This document shows positions 56,247 through 64,000 of a stretch of 64,000 nucleotides of DNA, piece by piece; within the stretch, counting starts at the first letter, position 1, and each line of letters starts with the position of its first letter. The stretch is taken from IMG/VR virus record IMGVR_UViG_3300022837_000010, positions 3,030 to 67,029 of that record; one strand, given 5' to 3'. The stretch comes from a virus. The notes beneath the pieces are model-generated. The model did not search any database, was not told where the DNA came from, and saw only the letters and a program-made list of their open reading frames with translations. A program made the translations under genes and the position numbers.

Positions 56247-57577
56247 TGAGCAAAATAGAAGTAAATGCAATTGAACCACAATGCGGAACTGATTTAACAG
56301 TTGGTGCAAGTGGTGATACTATTACTTTTCCAACTGGAACTACTGTTGTAAATAATGGTACGCAAACAGGATTCGGTAGAACAGGAACTGTAAATTGGGA
56401 TACAACTCCAAAAACTGCAACTTTTTCAGCAGTAAATGGTAATGGATATTTTGTTAATACAACAGCAGGAGTAATAACAGTTAATCTACCAGCAGGTGTC
56501 GCAGGTAATATTATATCAGTAGCCGATTATGCAGCAACTTGGCAAACTAATAATGTCACAGTTACTCCAAATGGAACAGATAAAATTGGTTCAATAAATC
56601 AAAGTGCAACTTTAAGTACAGAAGGACAATCAGTAACTTTAGTTTATGTAGATGCTACACAAGGTTGGATTAACACAATGGATTCAACTTCTAATGTTAG
56701 AGGAATACCTCCCTATATAGCAGCAACAGGTGGTACAATAACAACCGTTTGTACAGATTATAAAGTCCACACATTCACAGGTCCAGGAACATTTACAGTT
56801 ACAAATGCTGGAACTCCTTCAGGTTCAAATTCAATAGAATATTTAGTAATAGCGGGTGGAGCCGGTGGTGGCGGTGAAGAAGGTGGTGGTGGTGGAGCCG
56901 GTGGTTATAGAACTGCTAGTGGACTACCTGTTACAGCACAGGGCTATCCAATTGTGGTAGGTGGTGGTGGAGCGGGGATGACTTCTGCTTCCCCGGCAGC
57001 AAATGGGGTTGATTCAAGTGGATTTGCAATTACATCAACAGGTGGTGGATTTGGTGGAGGACAAACTGTTCCATATGTAGGTAGACCTGGTGGATCTGGT
57101 GGAGGAGGTCATGGTGATGGAGGTGGTTCTCCTCAAGTAGGTGGAACAGGTAATACTCCCCCCGTAAGTCCTTCTCAAGGTTTTGATGGTGGAGATGGTT
57201 CAGGAAGAACAGGAACAACAAATGAAGCTGGCGGTGGTGGTGGTGGAGCTGGAGCTATAGGTAGTAATGGTTCTCCTTCTCCTAATCCTGGAGGAACAGG
57301 TGGACCTGGTGGAGCAGGCGCAGTAAGTTCAATTAACGGAACACCAACAACTAGAGCTGGTGGTGGTGGTGGTGCAGCTGCAGCTTCGAGTGGAGTTATT
57401 GGAACAGGTGGATCAGGTGGTGGTGGAAATGGAACAAAAGATAATACAACAGCAGTAGCTGGAACAGTTAATACTGGAAGTGGCGGTGGTGGTGGTGGTG
57501 GAAACGGCGGAGCTCCTATAGCTTCTGGAGGTGCCGGCGGCTCTGGTATAGTAATAATAAGATACAAATTTCAATAA
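56246..57577 (+). CDS. Gly-rich tail fibre / receptor-binding paralog 1
   Basis: WDTTPKT...GYFVNT...ATGGT...YKVHTFTG...GGSGIVIIRYKFQ. Confidence 0.8.
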   Translation: MSKIEVNAIEPQCGTDLTVGASGDTITFPTGTTVVNNGTQTGFGRTGTVNWDTTPKTATFSAVNGNGYFVNTTAGVITVNLPAGVAGNIISVADYAATWQTNNVTVTPNGTDKIGSINQSATLSTEGQSVTLVYVDATQGWINTMDSTSNVRGIPPYIAATGGTITTVCTDYKVHTFTGPGTFTVTNAGTPSGSNSIEYLVIAGGAGGGGEEGGGGGAGGYRTASGLPVTAQGYPIVVGGGGAGMTSASPAANGVDSSGFAITSTGGGFGGGQTVPYVGRPGGSGGGGHGDGGGSPQVGGTGNTPPVSPSQGFDGGDGSGRTGTTNEAGGGGGGAGAIGSNGSPSPNPGGTGGPGGAGAVSSINGTPTTRAGGGGGAAAASSGVIGTGGSGGGGNGTKDNTTAVAGTVNTGSGGGGGGGNGGAPIASGGAGGSGIVIIRYKFQ

Positions 57578-57579
57578 TT

Positions 57580-58986
57580 ATGACAAGTATAATAAAAGTA
57601 AACAACGTACAAAACACAGCAGCAGGTAAAAATATTATCAAAGAAGTTGGTAATACAGTTACTATTGGTGCGAGTGGAGATACAGTTGCTTTAGCAGCCG
57701 GCGCTTCGCAATCCGGTTTTGGTCAAACATATTCAGCGGTTAGTTGGGATACAACTGCAAAAACAACTACTGTTACAGGTGTAGCAGGAGTAGGTTATTT
57801 TATAAATACATCAGGCGGTGCAGTAACAGCTAACTTACCAGCGGGTGTAGCTGGAGATGTTATAGCTTTTGCAGATTATACAAGAACTTTTCAAACAAAT
57901 AATTTAACAATAACACCTAATGGTTCAGAAAAAGTAGGTGGTGTAGCCGCTAATTTTGTAGCTCAAACTGAAGGTCAATCAATAACTTTAGTTTATGTAG
58001 ATGCAACAGAAGGTTGGATAAATACAGCTGAATCAACAGGACAAGCAGGATTATTACCAGCTTTTGTTACAGCAACAGGTGGAACAATAACTTGTTCAGG
58101 AGATTATAAAATTCATACATTTACAGGTCCGGGAACTTTTACAGTTTGTTCTGTAGGTAATCGTTTAGGATCAGAAACAGTAGATTATATGGTAATAGCT
58201 GGTGGTGGTGGTGGTGGACCTTCATCAAGTTCTAATGGTGGTGGTGGTGGTGGAGCTGGTGGTTATAGAGAATCTTCAGGAAGTGCATCAGGTTCATATA
58301 CCATTGGACTTCCTTCACAAAACTGTGCTGTATCAGCTTTAGCTGTTTCAGCTCAAGGCTATTCAATTATAGTAGGAGGCGGAGGTTCAATAAATACAAA
58401 TGGTGTAAATTCAGTTTTTAGTACAATAACAAGTACTGGTGGTGGTGCAGGTGGTAGTGGACCAGGAGATGCTGGAAATTCAGGAGGTTCTGGTGGTGGA
58501 CCTGGAAAAGCAAATCCTTTATCTGGCGGAGCAGGTAATACTCCTCCAGTTAGTCCCTCTCAAGGAAATAATGGTGGAAATAATCCGGGAAGTCCAAATG
58601 AATCAAGTCCACAAGTTGGAACAGGTGGTGGTGGAGCAGGTTCAGCAGCTGCAGGCGTTGTTAGTAATACTAGAGGTGGAGCTGGTGCTGTTGGTGCAAC
58701 TTCATCTATAACAGCTTCACCAGTTAAAAGAGCAGGCGGTGGTGGAGGTGGTGGAGCTGATCCAGGTGGTGGAGGTGGAATATTTCCTCTTTGTGTATCA
58801 GGAGCTCCTTCACTTCTTTGTAGAACTGCACAATATGGTTCAGGTAGTGGAGGTATAACTGCTGGTGGTCAAGGTGGTAGTGGAACAGCTAATACTGGTG
58901 GAGGAGCTGGTGGCGGTGGTAACAACGGAGATGATGGTGGAACTGGTGGTTCAGGAGTAGTTATTATAAGGTACAAATTTCAATAG
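57580..58986 (+). CDS. Gly-rich tail fibre paralog 2
   Basis: Same conserved blocks, variable Gly-rich core. Confidence 0.8.
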   Translation: MTSIIKVNNVQNTAAGKNIIKEVGNTVTIGASGDTVALAAGASQSGFGQTYSAVSWDTTAKTTTVTGVAGVGYFINTSGGAVTANLPAGVAGDVIAFADYTRTFQTNNLTITPNGSEKVGGVAANFVAQTEGQSITLVYVDATEGWINTAESTGQAGLLPAFVTATGGTITCSGDYKIHTFTGPGTFTVCSVGNRLGSETVDYMVIAGGGGGGPSSSSNGGGGGGAGGYRESSGSASGSYTIGLPSQNCAVSALAVSAQGYSIIVGGGGSINTNGVNSVFSTITSTGGGAGGSGPGDAGNSGGSGGGPGKANPLSGGAGNTPPVSPSQGNNGGNNPGSPNESSPQVGTGGGGAGSAAAGVVSNTRGGAGAVGATSSITASPVKRAGGGGGGGADPGGGGGIFPLCVSGAPSLLCRTAQYGSGSGGITAGGQGGSGTANTGGGAGGGGNNGDDGGTGGSGVVIIRYKFQ

Positions 58987-58995
58987 GAAAAAATT

Positions 58996-60339
58996 ATGAG
59001 TGAAATAAAAGTAAATAAATTAACCCCGCGAACCGCGTGTGGTACAACGACATTAGGGGACAGTGGTGATACATTCACAATTCCCGCAGGTGTAACAATC
59101 ACGAACAGTGGTACGGCGGCCGGGTTCGGCGCAACCGGTGCAGTGTCTTGGGATACAACTGCAAAGACTGGAGATTTTACAGCAGTAAGTGGTGTAGGTT
59201 ATTTTGTAAATACAACAAGTGGAGCAATTACAGTAACACTACCAGCGTCACCTAGTGCTGGAGATGTGGTTGCAGTTTCAGATTATGCAGGTACAGCAGA
59301 TTCAAATAATATTACAATTGGCAGAAACAGTTCAAACATTAACGGAGCAGCGGCAGATTTAACTATTGCACAAGAAAATTCAGCAGTAACTTTAGTATAT
59401 GTAGATGGAACACAAGGTTGGAAAGCAACAGATACATCTTCTTTAAGTGATATTGAATTAGAACCTGCGTATGTTACAGCAACAGGTGGAACACCAACAA
59501 CTAGTGGTGATTATAAAATTCATACATTTACAGGATCAGGAACTTTTACAGTTTCAGCAATAGGTAATCCATTAGGTTCAACAACAATTGAATATTTAGT
59601 AGTAGCTGGTGGTGGAGCAGGTGGAAGAGATCAAGCAGGTGGTGGTGGAGCAGGTGGTTTAAGAAATAATTTTCCAAGTCCTGCAACTGGAGGACTAGCA
59701 GTAACTGCAACAGGATATCCAGTAACAATAGGTGGAGGTGGACCAAGACCTGGTACTAATGGAACATCTGGTGAAAAAGGTTCATCAACAAGTTTTGTAG
59801 GTTCAACAACAATTACATCGGCTGGAGGTGGAGGTGGAAGTGGAAATGGTACTCCAGGAGTTTGTACTACAGGTGGATCTGGTGGTGGTGGAGATAGTAA
59901 TACAGCAGGTGGAGCAGGTAATACACCTCCAGTTAGTCCACCTCAAGGAACAAATGGTGGAACTAGTTCAGGTCCTAATGGAGCTGGTGGTGGAGGTGGG
60001 GCTTCAGTTGCTGGCGAATCTGTTCCCGGCGGTCCTGCTGCAGGAAATGGAGGAAATGGTACTGGTTTTCCAACTGCATTTGTAGGTACAAATGGTCAAC
60101 CTTCAGGTGGTTTACAATATTTTTCAGGTGGTGGTGGAGGTGCAGCTCACGCTGGAGGAAGTCACGGCACAGGTGGTTTAGGTGGTGGTGGTCAAGGTGG
60201 TGCAACATCACCTTCTCAACCCACAGGAGCTGGAACAGCCAATACTGGTGGTGCAGGTGGAGGTTGTGGTAATAATATCTTTACTTGTGGCTCTGGCGGT
60301 TCAGGAATTGTTATAATAAGATACAAATTCCAAAATTAA
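58996..60339 (+). CDS. Gly-rich tail fibre paralog 3
   Basis: Same conserved blocks. Confidence 0.8.
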   Translation: MSEIKVNKLTPRTACGTTTLGDSGDTFTIPAGVTITNSGTAAGFGATGAVSWDTTAKTGDFTAVSGVGYFVNTTSGAITVTLPASPSAGDVVAVSDYAGTADSNNITIGRNSSNINGAAADLTIAQENSAVTLVYVDGTQGWKATDTSSLSDIELEPAYVTATGGTPTTSGDYKIHTFTGSGTFTVSAIGNPLGSTTIEYLVVAGGGAGGRDQAGGGGAGGLRNNFPSPATGGLAVTATGYPVTIGGGGPRPGTNGTSGEKGSSTSFVGSTTITSAGGGGGSGNGTPGVCTTGGSGGGGDSNTAGGAGNTPPVSPPQGTNGGTSSGPNGAGGGGGASVAGESVPGGPAAGNGGNGTGFPTAFVGTNGQPSGGLQYFSGGGGGAAHAGGSHGTGGLGGGGQGGATSPSQPTGAGTANTGGAGGGCGNNIFTCGSGGSGIVIIRYKFQN

Positions 60340-60385
60340 TATGGTATTTACAACAAACAATAAATAAGATATAAGGAGAATAATT

Positions 60386-60835
60386 ATGGCACATTTTGCA
60401 AAACTAGGATCTAACAGTAAAGTTATTCAAGTATTAACTTTGAATAATGGTGATATGCTGAACGCGGACGGCGTTGAGGATGAATCTGTAGGTCAACAAT
60501 ATTTAGAAACTCACAACAACTGGCCAGCACAGATGTGGATTCAAACATCTTACAATACATCTGGTGGAACTCATAGAAATGGTGGAACACCTTTTAGAGG
60601 AAATTACGCAGGTATAGGTTATACTTGGGACGAAGATGATAATATCTTTTGGCCTAAAAAACCTCATGCATCTTGGGTAAAACATAATGCATCAGCTTCT
60701 TGGAAATCACCAATCGGTGATGCACCAGCATTAACAGAAGAACAGACTTCACAAAATGAAGCAGACACTCATATGTGGTCTTACAATTGGAATGAAACTA
60801 ATACAACTTGGGACTTGACAGACAGCAAAGCATAA
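60386..60835 (+). CDS. Conserved protein downstream of fibres (possible fibre chaperone)
   Basis: MAHFAKL...WIQTSYN...FRGNYAGIGYTWD...W..P. Confidence 0.7.
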   Translation: MAHFAKLGSNSKVIQVLTLNNGDMLNADGVEDESVGQQYLETHNNWPAQMWIQTSYNTSGGTHRNGGTPFRGNYAGIGYTWDEDDNIFWPKKPHASWVKHNASASWKSPIGDAPALTEEQTSQNEADTHMWSYNWNETNTTWDLTDSKA

Positions 60836-60853
60836 ATTAAAAATGGTGGTGGT

Positions 60854-61357
60854 ATGCAGAGACAAGTATTAACAGAACAGAGTTTATTTTACGGCGACAT
60901 TGATATGCCGAAAGGTTTTGAAATAGACCAAGAAAAACTTACCAACGATATTTTACAATCAACTTTTAACGCTAAAGAATTTCCATTCTCAAGAACTTGG
61001 GATATGTTAAACACATATATGAGAGACTTTATTGGTCTTGAACATGGTATCAATTTAGTTAACAAATCAACTTGGGGAAATATCTATAAACCCAATGAGA
61101 CAACAATTCCTTTATTAAATATTGATCCGGTGGATCTACGTAACTCTCCAGACTTTACTATGCTTTACGGCGTTAAAGTTAAAGATTGTTTTGTTAGAAT
61201 ACATTATGAAGATAACAGACGTAAAGGAAGAAGTTGGGATATAGAACTTAAAAATAATATGTTCATAATGTTTCCATCAACGAATATGTATTACATAACT
61301 AATAATCAGAAAGATAGTTTGAATTTTGTACAAACTATAACTTATGAATATATCTAA
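60854..61357 (+). CDS. Degenerate 2OG-Fe(II) oxygenase-like protein
   Basis: WGNIY...FIMFPS..Y.IT layout, but no HxD/H...H triad; its 3' end is also at window bases 1..45. Confidence 0.55.
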   Translation: MQRQVLTEQSLFYGDIDMPKGFEIDQEKLTNDILQSTFNAKEFPFSRTWDMLNTYMRDFIGLEHGINLVNKSTWGNIYKPNETTIPLLNIDPVDLRNSPDFTMLYGVKVKDCFVRIHYEDNRRKGRSWDIELKNNMFIMFPSTNMYYITNNQKDSLNFVQTITYEYI

Positions 61358-61973
61358 TTATTACTGGTATTTTAAATCAGCGATACCTCCAAAAATCTGT
61401 GATGACATTATAAAACATGGATTAACACAAGCAGAAACCATGGCACGAACAGGTGGATACGGTGATAAAGAATTAACTAAAGATCAAGTTAGAGATATGA
61501 AAAGAAAAAGAAACTCTGATTTAGTTTGGTTAAATGATACTTGGATTTTTAAAGAATTACATCCTTACATACATGAAGCTAATAAAAATGCAGGATGGAA
61601 TTTTGAATGGGATAGAAGTGAATCTTGTCAGTTTACAAAATATAAACTCCAGCAGTTTTACGATTGGCACCAGGACAGCTGGGATAAGCCTTATAAAAAA
61701 GAAGGTCCAGACAATGGTAAAGTTCGAAAGCTATCTATGACTTGTCAATTAACCGATGGTTCAGAATATGAAGGTGGAGAACTAGAATTTGATTTTAGAA
61801 ACTATGATCCGCATATGAGAGAAGAAGCTAAACATTTGAAACAAGCAAAAGAAATATTACCTAAAGGATCTATCATTGTGTTTCCATCATTTGTATGGCA
61901 CCGTGTAAAACCTGTAACTAAAGGAACGAGGTATTCATTGGTGATGTGGAACCTAGGATACCCATTTAAATAA
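61344..61973 (+). CDS. 2OG-Fe(II) oxygenase, prolyl-4-hydroxylase-like
   Basis: 13 aa differences from 32..661 by manual count. Confidence 0.9.
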   Translation: MNISNYYWYFKSAIPPKICDDIIKHGLTQAETMARTGGYGDKELTKDQVRDMKRKRNSDLVWLNDTWIFKELHPYIHEANKNAGWNFEWDRSESCQFTKYKLQQFYDWHQDSWDKPYKKEGPDNGKVRKLSMTCQLTDGSEYEGGELEFDFRNYDPHMREEAKHLKQAKEILPKGSIIVFPSFVWHRVKPVTKGTRYSLVMWNLGYPFK

Positions 61974-61974
61974 T

Positions 61975-62418
61975 ATGCCTTATAAAAATAAACAAGATAA
62001 AATAGATTATTTGGAAAAAAATAAAGATAAATTACGTGAAAAATCTAGACAATATTATTTAAATAATATTGAAAAATTTAAAGAAAAAGAAAGACATTAT
62101 AGAACTAATTCAAAAAGAATAGCCTATAGAATAAAATATAGAGAAGAAAACAAAGATAAGGCTAAAGACTATAAACTAAAAAAAACTTATGGAATATCTT
62201 TAAATGATTACAAAAAAATGTTAAAAAAACAAAATTACAAATGTGTACTTTGCAATGAGAAAAAGAAATTATATGTTGACCACGACCATAGTACAGGTGC
62301 TGTTAGAGAATTACTTTGCTCTACTTGCAACATAAAATTAGGTTTTTATGAAAAATCTAACAAAATAACATTTGAAATGTATATTAAAAAACACAAAAAA
62401 AGAAAGGATGTAAATTAA
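61975..62418 (+). mobile_element. Endonuclease VII-type homing endonuclease
   Basis: YGISLNDY...CVLC...VDHDH..GAVRELLCSTCN; absent from the left copy. Confidence 0.88.
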
Positions 62419-62420
62419 TA

Positions 62421-63053
62421 ATGTATATAAATAATTATTTCAACACAACTATCTGGTCAGAACAAAAACCAGAATTTGTAAAGTCATTAAACAAAGCATC
62501 TAATAAATATATCAAAGATGCAAGAACAAGAGAGAAAGCTTTTATTAAAGAGCACGGTGATTTTGGAAGATCGTATCACTCAACACCTCTAACTGCTGAT
62601 AATGATTTTTTAGATTTTAGAAATTATATTGGTCAAAAATCTTGGGAGTATTTAGATCATCAAGGTTTTGATATGCAGCAATACACAACTATGTTTAGTG
62701 AGATGTGGGTACAAGAGTTTGCAAAAAAGGGAGGTGGTAATCATTCAGCGCACGTCCATTGGAATCAACACGTATCAGGTTTTTACTTTTTAAAGTGTAG
62801 TGATAAAACATCTATGCCCGTTTTTCATGAACCGCGGACCGGGGCTAGATCTACTAAATTAAAAATGAAAGATCAAAAAGGTGTGTTAGCTGGATCAGAA
62901 TTGATTCACTTTAAACCTACACCTGGAACGTTAATTATATTTCCAGGATATTTAGAACACGAGTTTAGTGTAGACTTTGGAATAGAACCTTTTAGATTTA
63001 TACATTGGAATATCCAAGCAGTACCGAAAGAGATGGCTAAAGATGTCGTTTAA
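62421..63053 (+). CDS. 2OG-Fe(II) oxygenase-like (TIGR02466-like)
   Basis: Allele of 663..1304. Confidence 0.8.
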   Translation: MYINNYFNTTIWSEQKPEFVKSLNKASNKYIKDARTREKAFIKEHGDFGRSYHSTPLTADNDFLDFRNYIGQKSWEYLDHQGFDMQQYTTMFSEMWVQEFAKKGGGNHSAHVHWNQHVSGFYFLKCSDKTSMPVFHEPRTGARSTKLKMKDQKGVLAGSELIHFKPTPGTLIIFPGYLEHEFSVDFGIEPFRFIHWNIQAVPKEMAKDVV

Positions 63054-63666
63054 AAAAAATAAATACGTAATTATAAAACAAGCAATAGATAAAGATTTAG
63101 CTTTATTCTTGTACAATTACTTTCATATGAAAAGACAGGTGTTAGATACCTGTCGTAATGCTAGATTTATATCTCCTTATGAAACATTATTAGGTGAGTA
63201 TGAAGGAGCTGATAGTCAGATCCCACACACCTATTCAAACTATTCAGATATTGCTATGGAAACTTTAATGTTGAAGTGTCAACCTATTATGGAAAAGACT
63301 ACAGGATTAAAACTATATCCATCTTATACTTATGCAAGAATTTATAAAAAAGGTGATCAATTAAAAAGACATAAAGATAGATTCAGTTGTGAAATATCTA
63401 CTACTATGAATTTGGGTGGTGATGATTGGACTATTTATTTAGAGCCATCAGGAAAAGAAGGTATGAAAGGTATTAAGGTAGATTTAAAACCAGGAGATAT
63501 GTTGGTCTATTCTGGTTGTGAATTAGAACATTGGCGAGAAAAATTTAAAGGCAAAGACTGTGCTCAAGTATTTCTTCATTATAATAATAGAAAAACTCCA
63601 GGATCTAAAAATAACATGTTTGACAAACGCCCACATTTAGGTCTTCCATCTTGGTTTAAACGATGA
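63043..63666 (+). CDS. 2OG-Fe(II) oxygenase
   Basis: 8 aa differences from 1294..1917 by manual count. Confidence 0.85.
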   Translation: MSFKKNKYVIIKQAIDKDLALFLYNYFHMKRQVLDTCRNARFISPYETLLGEYEGADSQIPHTYSNYSDIAMETLMLKCQPIMEKTTGLKLYPSYTYARIYKKGDQLKRHKDRFSCEISTTMNLGGDDWTIYLEPSGKEGMKGIKVDLKPGDMLVYSGCELEHWREKFKGKDCAQVFLHYNNRKTPGSKNNMFDKRPHLGLPSWFKR

Positions 63667-63728
63667 TATACCCCTATGATGAAGGCAGTAATCCACCATA
63701 CCTACTGCCTTCTTTATAAGGATTTTAT

Positions 63729-63800
63729 ATGCTACAAAAATTAGGATTCCTACCAGGATTCAATAAACAAGTTACTTCTACCGGCGCTGAGTCTCAATAG
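63729..63800 (+). pseudogene. Truncated N-terminus of a nozzle homolog
   Basis: MLQKLGFLPGFNKQVTSTGAESQ* aligns to MLTEIKFAPGVDKQDTSVGAQG of 3201; TAG where Trp is expected. Confidence 0.6.
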
Positions 63801-63859
63801 ACTATACTTGTCTCTAAAATATTGATGTATTTTTTCAATAATTTAGATATAATCACCTT

Positions 63860-64000
63860 ATGGCACTTAAAAAAGTAACTTTTTCACCAGGTTTTAACAA
63901 GCAAAGCGTAGCATCCGCTCTTCCAGGACAATGGGTAGATGGTGACTTTGTGCGTTTTAGATATACGGCACCAGAAAAAATAGGTGGCTGGCAACAATTA
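63860..64000 (+). CDS. Nozzle homolog, 5' partial
   Basis: MALKKVTFSPGFNKQSVASALPGQWVDGDFVRFRYTAPEKIGGWQQL aligns to the 3201 N-terminus. Confidence 0.8.
   Translation, partial: MALKKVTFSPGFNKQSVASALPGQWVDGDFVRFRYTAPEKIGGWQQL

Larger units (their letters stand above)
61313..63734. repeat. Right copy of duplicated segment, with endonuclease insertion
   Basis: Colinear with 1..1988 apart from 61975..62420. Confidence 0.95.

Noticed and set aside
57175-57567. Pro-rich and His/Leu-rich minus-strand ORFs (also 57030, 59546, 59975)
   Set aside because: Antisense shadows of GGT-rich fibre genes
56246-60339. Diversity-generating retroelement acting on the fibres
   Set aside because: No reverse transcriptase and no TR/VR pair with adenine-specific differences seen
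1-64000. tRNA genes, integrase/attP, phage RNA polymerase
   Set aside because: No T-loop/cloverleaf or catalytic motifs found by eye; tRNAscan/ARAGORN and HMM searches were not run

Overview
The window is an essentially complete, AT-rich ~61.3-kb tailed-phage genome that wraps once around on itself. Gene order: tail/nozzle and internal virion genes (2-15 kb), M15 endolysin, a replication module (SNF2 helicase, SSB-like, AEP primase, LexA-N-like regulator, UvrD helicase, DUF3310, family A DNA polymerase), an accessory block (SET-domain protein, sigma70-region-4 protein, several nucleases), a 6-kb mostly minus-strand small-gene island between TerS and TerL, then portal, GroES, scaffold, major capsid, adaptors, three Gly-rich fibre paralogs and a 2OG-Fe(II) oxygenase cluster. 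No RNA polymerase, integrase or tRNA was seen. By recall, gene content resembles marine SAR11-type podophages (HTVC023P / vSAG 37-F6-like); this was not searched. The two ends are diverged alleles of the same oxygenase cluster, one with and one without a homing endonuclease, so the contig is probably a strain mosaic. Top candidates for undescribed biology: (i) an array of promoter-gene-terminator cassettes delimited by paired 26-bp GC-rich repeats (37.2-39.8 kb); (ii) a pseudoknotted three-way-junction RNA after the endolysin; (iii) a recurrent [YFML]-x-x-GG motif across internal virion proteins; (iv) a SET methyltransferase plus Lys-rich peptides; (v) Irr/ICE-like boxes and an unannotated metallothionein-like peptide.
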